From the NCBI RefSeq assembly GCF_022539665.2, contig NC_081332.1:3968001-4032000 (forward strand): a stretch of DNA of 64,000 bases, written 5' to 3'. Shown one piece after another: positions 25,701 to 36,578 of the stretch; position 1 is the stretch's first letter, and each line of letters starts with the position of its first letter. The notes under the pieces were generated by a model. The model saw nothing but the letters and a program-made list of their open reading frames with translations, did not search any database and was not told the origin of the DNA. The stretch is from Daphnia carinata. Taxonomy: Eukaryota. A program made the position numbers and the translations under genes.

Positions 25701-28700
25701 TTCTGGATAAACGAAGTTGCTGTTTGGGGCACCCGACAATGAAGCGGCCAAACTACAGCTGAAACGTGATCCGACGTTCTATCACTTTTTGCGTCAAGGA
25801 GGCGTAGCCAAAGTTGATTCCATTAGCGACCGAACTGATTACAAAAACGTTTCGTCTGCTTTCCGCGCCTTAAATTTTGATCCCGCATCCGTGGAGACCA
25901 TCTGGAAAATCGTGGCGGCCGTTTTGCATCTGGTACTACAATACCAAATATTAGTTGATTCGATCGCTTTTTAACGACTGCATTCTTGTACTCATCGCTG
26001 GATTGTTTCTTTTTTTTTTTTTAAACTTGTACAGGGAAACGCAGAATTCAAATCGGATGGCGACAAGACTCGACTGGCCCAGTCGACGACGCTATCAACC
26101 GTGGCGTCGCTTTTATGCGTCGACCCCAATGAGCTGAACCGAGCTCTATGCCATCGCGTGATTGCCGCTAATGGCGAACTAATGGAAAAAGGTCATACCA
26201 CATCTGAGGCCACTTACGGCAGAGATGCCTTCGCTAAGGTACTGTTATGCGACCCTTTCTTAATTGACGCCAGTTTTTTCACGAACTAATTGTTGATTGT
26301 CCCAGGCATTATACGATCGTCTCTTTAGTTGGATTGTAGAACGAGTAAACAGCGCCATCGAAGTGCAAAGAGCAGACAGAAGCTATAACGTTCCCGGTAC
26401 TGTTATTGGCGTACTTGATATTTATGGTTTCGAGATATTTGACATCAATAGTTTCGAGCAATTTTGTATCAACTATTGCAACGAGAAATTGCAACAACTG
26501 TTTATCGGTAACATTATAGCAAAACAGTTATTTGAAATCTAGGAAGTCAACGGTAACAAACAATTGTTTGTCATTTTAGAATTGGTGCTGAAACAAGAGC
26601 AAGAAGAGTATCGTCGTGAAGGAATCGCTTGGCAGAACATTGATTATTTCAACAACCAAATAATCTGCGATCTCGTTGAGCAGCAGCACAAAGGAATCCT
26701 TGCCATTATGGACGAGGCTTGCTTGAATGTTGGAAAGGTTACTGACCAAATGCTTTTAGAAGCTTTGGATCAGAAACTATCACAGCACAAGCATTATACT
26801 AGTCGCAAGTTAAGTCCACTTGATAAGGAGTTACGACATGGCTCTGATTTTCGCATTCGGTAATAACATTATTTGATTGTCATAAAATCAATTTGCAAAC
26901 TTATTAGGAGAAATATCGTTTCTGATTATGAAGGCATTACGCTGGTGATGTCGTCTACGATGTCAGTGGATTCCTGGATAAAAATAAGGACACATTATTC
27001 CAAGATTTTAAGCGGCTCCTCTACAGTTCCAAGGACCCCAACATCCGCCATATGTGGCCTGAAGGAGCCCAAGACATCCACAAGGTAAACTAAAGTTCCT
27101 GTTTTGTATTTTTTTTTTCTAGGAAAAAAATTGAAATCGCTTCGCTTGACTGCAGCGACAAGCAGTTTTTTAGAGCCCTCTTAAAAAAAAAAAAGCAAAA
27201 CGGGTTGACAGGCCATCTGTTATTCCGTCCTTGGCTTTTACTCTAAAGCGGAAAATCACACAGTATTACTATTTCGTAGAAAAAAAGAAATCAGATAGAT
27301 AAAAATAAAATGGAACAGACAACACCAATAAATAATAATTATAATGTTTTTCTCCTCAGACAACCAAGAGGCCGCTGACAGCTGGAACGCTTTTCAAGAA
27401 TTCCATGATCGCTCTGGTAAAGAACCTGACGTCCAAGGAGCCTTACTATGTCCGGTGTATTAAACCCAACGACCAAAAATCCCCAGTGCTCTTTGACGAA
27501 GAACGCGTTCGACACCAAGTAATGTTAACAAAATATGGCGGATTTTCCATTTGAAAAACCTGTATTCGATTTTCCAGGTCAGTTACTTGGGCCTTATTGA
27601 GAATGTGCGCGTTCGCCGAGCCGGTTTTGCTTACAGACAGAGTTACGATCGCTTCTTAAGAAGGTAAGCAGGTTTTAAGGGTTTAACGTCTAAGTTTCTT
27701 TATGTAATTGGAAACCTTTAGATACAAGATGGTCTCGCAATACACTTGGCCAAATTTTCGGGGCGGAGCCGATCGTGATGGAGTCCGCATTCTTATACAA
27801 CAACAAAATTTTGAGGAAGACGTTGTCTATGGCAAAACCAAAATCTTTGTTCGATCACCGCAGACACTCTTCATGTTGGAACAAGTACGTTAACCTAATT
27901 AGACATGTCAATATCTAGTTTAAACTGTTCCCTTCTTCCGTAGGCTCGCGCTCGATTAATTCCGGGGATAGTCATATTTCTTCAAAAACTCTGGAGGGGA
28001 TCTGTTTGCCGGCGTCGCTACAAGAAGATACTAGCTGCCAAGAGGATTATTGGAGCTTATCGCCGATATAAGATGCGAGCATACTTGAGACTGCTCGTTA
28101 GTCCACTTCGGTAATATACGTCTGCACATGATTGAATTTTCGTAAATATTTTCATATTTTCTCTTGTACGATTTAGCAATGCCAAACAGTTGCGAGACTA
28201 TGGTTTGTCTGTTCGATGGCCATCACCACCGCATATAATCGCAAAGTTAGTAGCCAAGTTTTATGCGGCTTTTCATCGCTGGCGGGCTTGGATGGTTATC
28301 CAAGCTATTCCCTCTCAAGACTGGCCACAACTTCGTCTTAAAGTATTTATGATATATTGTACTATGAAGCTTTTAATTAAAGCTCCATACGATTTTTTTT
28401 TAATATATAGATTGCCGCTGCTGACGTATTGCAGGGGCAACGTTCTGGCTATGGGTTGAATCGACGATGGGAGGGAAATTACGTGAGAGATGAGCTGAAT
28501 GCTCCTACGGCTCTGGTTACGCTGAAAACAAAAGACAGAATTCAGCAAATCCTGTTTGCGTGTCGAATCCGCAAGTATAACAAATGTTTTAAGTCGAGCG
28601 AACGAGCTCTTCTCATTACTGAAGCTTCCGTATACAAGCTGGACGGGAAAACTTTCAAACCCATGAAGAATAAAACCCCCTTGGTCGAGGTAGAATTCCG

Positions 28701-29183
28701 TTGCATTGAATGAAAATTGACTTAATTTAAATCCTGTGTAACTCAACGTAGATCACGGCGTTGAGCGTCAGTACCGAGGATGACCACCTTCTCGTTATTC
28801 ATCTACGAAGTAACAACGATTTTGTAGTTTCTTTACAGCCGGATGATCGCACTGGAAGTAGTAGGGTTGGTGAAGCAGTCGCGATCCTCCTACAGCAATG
28901 CCAGAAGTATAACATTTTAAATGTCAATCAACAGTATTTTTAAAAACAATTTCTGTGTTTTTTTTTTAGATTGAACGATAACCCGCTGACAGTCAAAACC
29001 GGTTCCCGAATCCAGTGTATGCTTGGACGCAAGCCACGTACTATACAAATCGATTCAAACAATGCTTCCATTAGTGCCATCAACTTCGTCAAGCAATCCA
29101 AGACGGATATTCTTTACCAATCACCTCCATATTCAGTTTCCACGAAAGGAGTTGCGACCAATGGTCAAAATGGATACCACTGA
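22717..29183 (+). CDS. Myo1D: Unconventional myosin ID (Myo31DF orthologue), 17 coding exons
   Basis: GDFVLLD; P-loop [41 protein letters not shown] motifs (IFLQKLWRG); TH1 tail. All exons join in frame. Confidence 0.93.
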
Positions 29184-29749
29184 AGTGGTCACTAACGATC
29201 CTTCGCGAGCCTACAGCAAGGTGTGCTGTATAACACATTTTTTTTTTCTCTTCTTAAAAGAACCTGCGGTTCCATCGGGTCTTAATTAAAAAGGTATAAA
29301 GAGCCAATATTAACAGTTTCTTATGTGTGTGTCAAATTTATGGTGTTATCATATCGTGCCATTTTTATTCTTGTAATTTTACTGTTGTTTCCCTCTGGCT
29401 AACGCCACTGCTGGGACTTCGATATCGGTGTAAAATTTTTGGATTTTCACGGCTTAGCAAAACCAAAACGCTGTATTCGTGTATACATCACATTCTATTC
29501 TATTTTCTTCAAGTCGCCATTTCCCTCCCGACACAAAAATTCTTTTTGGAATCGTAGCATTCAAGCGGCTCGATGTAGAGATTCGTGATTTTATTCGCCT
29601 TCTGACCTATCAAAAGAGTCAATTATATATGCGGCAGTCAAATAGTTCGATTGTAGAATGGTATTTTATTATTCAATACACTGCTTGCAAGATTTTCATT
29701 AACTGTAGCCGCGTCCAAGGTGATTTTGCTTCATACATACTAAGTACTT

Positions 29750-32615
29750 CGGGACGTCGTTTAACCCACTTTCTTAAGGGCAACTTTTGTCCCAATAGTA
29801 GAGTGTTTATTTCGAAAATTAATGGATAATTGGATAGATACCTGGATATGACGTAGAGCGTCTGCTTAACACATTAAAAGTCCTGTGTTTAAGCCTCATG
29901 TAGTCTTCGAAGAAACAATAACTTTAAAGGGGACTTCCCCGGAGGAGTCCCTTAATTTTGCCTTCAAGTATGCCCCAAAACAATAAACCGCATAGAATTT
30001 GACGAGAATAACACGTTATACTCCAAATTTAACGCTGATTTCGGAACACATATTCTTTTTCTCGTCACATTAGCCGTTGCTGAAATAAACAAAGAAAATG
30101 ACCGTGGGAATTTTACCCCCAAAACTTGCAAAAACTGACCCTCACAGGAATCGGTTAAAAATCACAGGATGTACTAAAAATTAAATGCTGATTCCGATAA
30201 AATTATTACTTTTTTCATAAAAACAACCGTTTTGGAAATATAGCGAAATGAAAACTGACTAGCGCGCCAGTACGCTACAGCGCTAGCGTGACACATCAAT
30301 TTTTTAGATTATCCAAAAACTATAAGCTCTACGTAAAAACAACTGTCATTTTCGTGTTCCTTGTTAAAGTCTGAATCAGAATAATACATATTTATCTAGA
30401 TTTAATGATATTGTTTTTTAATAGGAAAAAATTTAAGCCCGACAAAATCAGCTCGACCTTCTGTTTTTTACGGTTTATTCAAAAAGTATAAGCCCAATAT
30501 AAAAATAAACCAGATTTTCGTGATTAGCAATCAATTTCGAATCAAAATAATGTATTTTTTATGGCAATCCGTTTTACATTTAAAAAAAAAAAAATATCGG
30601 AAAAAAAAAATCGCACTTTTTTCTTTTTTTCCGACACGTAGCCATCTACCGCTCAGACTCGTTATTACTGGCGTAGGCAATTTCAGTCCATTGGATGCCA
30701 TTCGCAGATGGTTCAGTAGCGTGGATGGAGAGAATAACGCGGGGCTGGAGGAACAATTGGAAAATGGATAAGATAATACAACAAAAGGATGGTAAGTATA
30801 AACTTATTATATTGGTTTTCAATTATTAATTATTGTTTATGAGATCAAATTATGAAGCTGCAGGCCCAATTATTGGAACAACACAAAATATTAGATAACA
30901 GCAAAGCTAAGGATGGTAAGGCCTAATACGTAATGATTCTATTTATTTGCTTTTATTCATTTGTGTTTTGTAGCTCAAATTTTGAGTCTACAAGCTCAGC
31001 CAGGGGAAAAGAACAAATTGGAACGGAACAGTTTCCAAACAGTGAAGGAGGTTTTTCCAAACTCATCCCTAACTGAACATGAGGATGAATTGGCATTAGG
31101 CGAACACAGTCAGGTACCTAAACTTTTCAAATAAGAATTCAAAATAAGTATAGAATTTTAACAAACAATTATTTACTGTTTAGTTATTCAGTCCACCACC
31201 TTACAGTGTGTTAAAGTTAAATTCTGTTAGTGCTGCACTAAAAGAATTGTTAGTAATAAGTCCATGCAGCGAAGGAAGTGAAGAATTGTTGGACCGTATT
31301 TGGGCCGAATATGGGTGTGGTACGGAAACCCAGAAATGGCATGAGTTCAACATAAAACATGGATTAGGTACTTTTCGGTTTTTTGTCTATTGAAAAAGTA
31401 TTTTTAATGCTGTTATTTTGCATTTACAGAATTTTAGCGGGGGTTCAAGTAAAACCTGGAAGTGTGACAGGATTGAAGAGTGAGCCTACAGTTGAAAAAC
31501 ACTGAAAGTGCATTACGATTAAGGTATGAGCTGCTTCTCTTGCTTAAGAACAACTTGTCCTTTACGTTCAGAGTGTTGGTGAAGCTGGGTACTTAAATGG
31601 CTCTAAAGATGTTTCACTTTGCTGGCATTGCAGCGATGAACATCATACATGGACTCTTTAGGTATGAAAGGAATTTCCTTGAAAATTTTTTGAATTTATG
31701 ACGAAGCATTTCTCCTCCTTTTTGCCACCCATGTCTAATCTACAAAAAAAAAATTTATCCAATAGGAAAGGATTTTCAGCATACTGGGAACACAACTATC
31801 AACAATGCAACATTCTAGGGGTGCTATTTTATCATTCAAGAGCCTTATACAATGATTTTCATCTGCAATTTGTATGGCCTTTCCCAAGCTTCTGCCAGAA
31901 TTTGAATCTATGAGTCATGTAAGTCACATGAGCAACAATTGAGATGCTTAATGGTGATGTTTTTCTTTTCTCAGCATAGGTTAATAGTAACATTGGATCT
32001 GAAAAAATTCTTGGTTGGGGCATGACACTGAATAAATTGTAATGATTGGATGGATGACATGATATTTTCTATACTTCATTCGGATTCCCGAGACGGTATT
32101 TTATATTTAAAAAATTGAAGTGCATATCTGGGCTCCCTTCCTTTCCGTAGCCCCGTTTCCCCTTGACTCGTAATAAGCCCGTAGGGGGTCATGCCCCTAC
32201 TGTACGGTATATATAAAAACAACATATACCGAGGTTTGGAGGGCTCTGGCCGGAAAGGGGACGTGGGGGTCCGCATGGTTCGATGAAGTGTTCATGGAGG
32301 GCTGTGTGGCTACCCGCAAATCCGAATTAAAGGTTAATCGCTCCTGTAAAAATGTTCCATTTCTTCGGCTCTTCTTCCGGCTTCTCTTAGCCAATCACCG
32401 GGTAATCTCCCCGGTGGGTCAACAAGGCAGTGTCTCCCCCTGCCTGGGTTGACGGCAACTTTTGAAAGGGCTATTGTGCCTTTTTAAAGTTGCAAAAATA
32501 ATTGTAATGTGCAGAGAATTGTCAATAAATTTTTTTTTATAAAATGTTTTTTGCAAAATTTGTTTTTCATTATCTGTGTTCGCTTTGTTCACACATTACA
32601 TTTATCAACATTTTT
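29750..32615 (+). repeat. Left arm of the giant inverted repeat
   Basis: Base-by-base reverse complementarity to 33247-36113; near-perfect from ~29815 to ~32565. Confidence 0.98.
30695..31437 (+). CDS. Orphan spliced ORF (166 aa, coiled-coil N-terminus) in the left arm; exons 30695-30791, 30844-30915, 30974-31113, 31184-31367, 31430-31437; possibly a truncated pseudogene
   Basis: Four GT-AG introns with consistent phases (1,1,0,1): MPFADGSVAWMERITRGWRNNWKMDKIIQQKD-DQIMKLQAQLLEQHKILDNSKAKD-AQILSLQAQPGEKNKLE...-LFSPPPYSVLKLNSVSAALKELL...KHGL-EF*. Further exon-like segments containing stops follow downstream. Confidence 0.55.
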
Positions 32616-32780
32616 GCTTGCTCAATTCATCTTTATTGTTTTTGCCACCGTTGTATCGTTTATCTGTAAGTATTCTATTATTATTTATTACACTTTTTGA
32701 ATACTTGAACTTACACAAGGAACAACGTGTAATACCTGGATATTTTCTGAAGTAATTTTGTAATTGTATATTGTTTTACT

Positions 32781-32846
32781 GGTATGGGAATCGATCCCCA
32801 GACATTCAGCGTGCAACGCCGATGCTCTAACATTGAGCCACGAGAT
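32781..32846 (-). pseudogene. tRNA-derived element (Ala/TGC-like loop), no acceptor stem
   Basis: rc TGGCTCAATGTTAGAGC-A-TCGGC-GTTGCAC-GCTGA-ATGTCTGGGGATCGATTCCCA contains an A box, D arm, anticodon arm and B-box-like T arm. Confidence 0.65.
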
Positions 32847-32943
32847 ATATATAAAATTTTTATTATCGCATATCATATGTTATTGTCTAGGATGTTTATG
32901 CAGTCTTTCACAACTATATGTTGATCTTTCTATCGATTTCATA

Positions 32944-33013
32944 AGGTCCATAGCTGTGTGGTAGAGCATTCAGCTGCGATAACTGTTACCCTGGGTTCAA
33001 ACCTTAGTAGATG
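32944..33013 (+). pseudogene. Degenerate tRNA-derived element, isotype not assignable
   Basis: TAGCTGTGTGGTAGAGCA ... CTGGG-TTCAAAC-CTTAG gives an A box and T arm/B box, with a partial acceptor stem. Confidence 0.55.
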
Positions 33014-33129
33014 TATGAAGATCTACATCTAAATATAGAAAAGAATATTATAGTATTGCATTTCAGTTTTATTCAAAGTGTAAATGCAAGTCCGCAAGTG
33101 ACTAGAAAAAAGCCAACTTAATATCATAT

Positions 33130-33192
33130 GAATCTTGGCTCATTGGTAGAGCATCGGCGTGGTATGCCGAACATGCAGGGTTCGATCCCTGG
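33130..33192 (+). pseudogene. tRNA-derived element (GGT loop), homologous to the inverted copy at 32781-32846
   Basis: TGGCTCATTGGTAGAGC-A-TCGGC-GTGGTAT-GCCGA-ACATGCAGGGTTCGATCCCTG has consensus A and B boxes and no acceptor stem. Confidence 0.7.
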
Positions 33193-33246
33193 ATAATAAT
33201 TGAATGCTTACAGATAAACGATAAACCTACGATAAGCTAAATAAAA

Positions 33247-36113
33247 AAAAAATGTTGATAAATGTAATGTGTTAACAAAGCGAACACAGATAATGAAAGA
33301 AACAAATTTTGCAAAAAACATTTTATAAAAAAAAAATTTATTGACAATTCTCTGCACATTACAATTATTTTTGCAACTTTAAAAAGGCACAATAGCCCTT
33401 TCAAAAGTTGCCGTCAACCCAGGCAGGGGGAGACACTGCCTTGTTGACCCACCGGGGAGATTACCCGGTGATTGGCTAAGAGAAGCCGGAAGAAGAGCCG
33501 AAGAAATGGAACATTTTTACAGGAGCGATTAACCTTTAATTCGGATTTGCGGGTAGCCACACAGCCCTCCATGAACACTTCATCGAACCATGCGGACCCC
33601 CACGTCCCCTTTCCGGCCAGAGCCCTCCAAACCTCGGTATATGTTGTTTTTATATATACCGTACAGTAGGGGCATGACCCCCTACGGGCTTATTACGAGT
33701 CAAGGGGAAACGGGGCTACGGAAAGGAAGGGAGCCCAGATATGCACTTCAATTTTTTAAATATAAAATACCGTCTCGGGAATCCGAATGAAGTATAGAAA
33801 ATATCATGTCATCCATCCAATCATTACAATTTATTCAGTGTCATGCCCCAACCAAGAATTTTTTCAGATCCAATGTTACTATTAACCTATGCTGAGAAAA
33901 GAAAAACATCACCATTAAGCATCTCAATTGTTGCTCATGTGACTTACATGACTCATAGATTCAAATTCTGGCAGAAGCTTGGGAAAGGCCATACAAATTG
34001 CAGATGAAAATCATTGTATAAGGCTCTTGAATGATAAAATAGCACCCCTAGAATGTTGCATTGTTGATAGTTGTGTTCCCAGTATGCTGAAAATCCTTTC
34101 CTATTGGATAAATTTTTTTTTTGTAGATTAGACATGGGTGGCAAAAAGGAGGAGAAATGCTTCGTCATAAATTCAAAAAATTTTCAAGGAAATTCCTTTC
34201 ATACCTAAAGAGTCCATGTATGATGTTCATCGCTGCAATGCCAGCAAAGTGAAACATCTTTAGAGCCATTTAAGTACCCAGCTTCACCAACACTCTGAAC
34301 GTAAAGGACAAGTTGTTCTTTAGCAAGAGAAGCAGCTCATACCTTAATCGTAATGCACTTTCAGTGTTTTTCAACTGTAGGCTCACTCTTCAATCCTGTC
34401 ACACTTCCAGGTTTTACTTGAACCCCCGCTAAAATTCTGTAAATGCAAAATAACAGCATTAAAAATACTTTTTCAATAGACAAAAAACCGAAAAGTACCT
34501 AATCCATGTTTTATGTTGAACTCATGCCATTTCTGGGTTTCCGTACCACACCCATATTCGGCCCAAATACGGTCCAACAATTCTTCACTTCCTTCGCTGC
34601 ATGGACTTATTACTAACAATTCTTTTAGTGCAGCACTAACAGAATTTAACTTTAACACACTGTAAGGTGGTGGACTGAATAACTAAACAGTAAATAATTG
34701 TTTGTTAAAATTCTATACTTATTTTGAATTCTTATTTGAAAAGTTTAGGTACCTGACTGTGTTCGCCTAATGCCAATTCATCCTCATGTTCAGTTAGGGA
34801 TGAGTTTGGAAAAACCTCCTTCACTGTTTGGAAACTGTTCCGTTCCAATTTGTTCTTTTCCCCTGGCTGAGCTTGTAGACTCAAAATTTGAGCTACAAAA
34901 CACAAATGAATAAAAGCAAATAAATAGAATCATTACGTATTAGGCCTTACCATCCTTAGCTTTGCTGTTATCTAATATTTTGTGTTGTTCCAATAATTGG
35001 GCCTGCAGCTTCATAATTTGATCTCATAAACAATAATTAATAATTGAAAACCAATATAATAAGTTTATACTTACCATCCTTTTGTTGTATTATCTTATCC
35101 ATTTTCCAATTGTTCCTCCAGCCCCGCGTTATTCTCTCCATCCACGCTACTGAACCATCTGCGAATGGCATCCAATGGACTGAAATTGCCTACGCCAGTA
35201 ATAACGAGTCTGAGCGGTAGATGGCTACGTGTCGGAAAAAAAGAAAAAAGTGCGATTTTTTTTTTCCGATATTTTTTTTTTTAAATGTAAAACGGATTGC
35301 CATAAAAAATACATTATTTTGATTCGAAATTGATTGCTAATCACGAAAATCTGGTTTATTTTTATATTGGGCTTATACTTTTTGAATAAACCGTAAAAAA
35401 CAGAAGGTCGAGCTGATTTTGTCGGGCTTAAATTTTTTCCTATTAAAAAACAATATCATTAAATCTAGATAAATATGTATTATTCTGATTCAGACTTTAA
35501 CAAGGAACACGAAAATGACAGTTGTTTTTACGTAGAGCTTATAGTTTTTGGATAATCTAAAAAATTGATGTGTCACGCTAGCGCTGTAGCGTACTGGCGC
35601 GCTAGTCAGTTTTCATTTCGCTATATTTCCAAAACGGTTGGTTTTATGAAAAAAGTAATAATTTTATCGGAATCAGCATTTAATTTTTAGTACATCCTGT
35701 GATTTTTAACCGATTCCTGTGAGGGTCAGTTTTTGCAAGTTTTGGGGGTAAAATTCCCACGGTCATTTTCTTTGTTTATTTCAGCAACGGCTAATGTGAC
35801 GAGAAAAAGAATATGTGTTCCGAAATCAGCGTTAAATTTGGAGTATAACGTGTTATTCTCGTCAAATTCTATGCGGTTTATTGTTTTGGGGCATACTTGA
35901 AGGCAAAATTAAGGGACTCCTCCGGGGAAGTCCCCTTTAAAGTTATTGTTTCTTCGAAGACTACATGAGGCTTAAACACAGGACTTTTAATGTGTTAAGC
36001 AGACGCTCTACGTCATATCCAGGTATCTATCTAATTATCCATTAATTTGCGAATGAAAAACTCTACTATGGAACAAAAGTTGTCTTTAAAAAGGTGGGTC
36101 AAACGACGTTCCG
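33247..36113 (-). repeat. Right arm of the giant inverted repeat
   Basis: Mirror of 29750-32615. Confidence 0.98.
34429..35171 (-). CDS. Mirror copy of the orphan spliced ORF in the right arm
   Basis: Reverse complement of 30695-31437. Confidence 0.55.
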
Positions 36114-36578
36114 TATAATCACACGCCTTTACTTTCATGTCTCGGTATTACACCCAGTTTTCATATAACTCTTTATTATTTACCTTTTTATGGCATTCTT
36201 ATGGTTATGGGAAACCTAACTTATACCACTAATCGTTTACATCTAATTTTTGGTTTAACTCCATATCAATACATAAGTTTCGAATCTATGAGGAGCAATT
36301 AGGTAGACGTTTTTCTTGGTTGTTTCTTTTTCTTTCGAGTCAATAAGATTTTTTTTCCACAGGCCACACCTTAGCGGATTACTGAACCACTGTAAATAGC
36401 ATAGATTTTAATGAATTCTCTGATTAAAGAAAAAAAAAGAAAAAGGCTATTAACTACACACATCAAATGAAACGAGGTGCGAAGCCACGAAGCCAACTTT
36501 TCTGCCTAACTTGCAGGCAGAAATCAAACGCTACACATCTTATCTCATAGAAAAACGTTTCTGGTTTCTCCAGTGTTG

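Larger units (their letters stand above)
29750..36113. mobile_element. ~6.4-kb foldback/palindromic element with ~2.85-kb inverted arms; probably a non-autonomous DNA transposon with a Kolobok-like inner terminus
   Basis: The left arm (~29750-32615) is the reverse complement of the right arm (~33247-36113). The ORF track shows identical mirrored ORFs with coordinate sums of 65866. TTAA|AGGGGAC at 29924-29934 and GTCCCCT|TTAA at 35930-35940. No transposase is visible. Confidence 0.7.

Noticed and set aside
32781..33192. Functional tRNA genes
   Set aside because: Acceptor stems are missing or broken and the anticodon loops are atypical, so they are reported as tRNA-derived instead.
33472..33790. 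Short ORFs MAKRSRKKSRR... and MRTPTSPFRP... (and their mirror copies) as protamine-like or viral peptides
   Set aside because: The first begins at TTG, neither shows a recognisable domain, and both overlap the hairpin cluster, which explains the composition better.
33373..33790. Hammerhead ribozyme, group I intron, RNase P or telomerase RNA identity for the hairpin cluster
   Set aside because: There is no CUGAUGA/GAAA core. The only group I resemblance is a P-like TTGCGGG without Q/R/S. I see no clear RNase P CR-I/CR-V pair, and TAACCT is too short to be a convincing TTAGG template.
29750..36113. Palindrome as a pure sequencing or assembly fold-back artefact
   Set aside because: The arms differ by true substitutions and diverge progressively at both ends, the spacer is unique, and different genes flank each side. 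It is disfavoured but not excluded without spanning reads.
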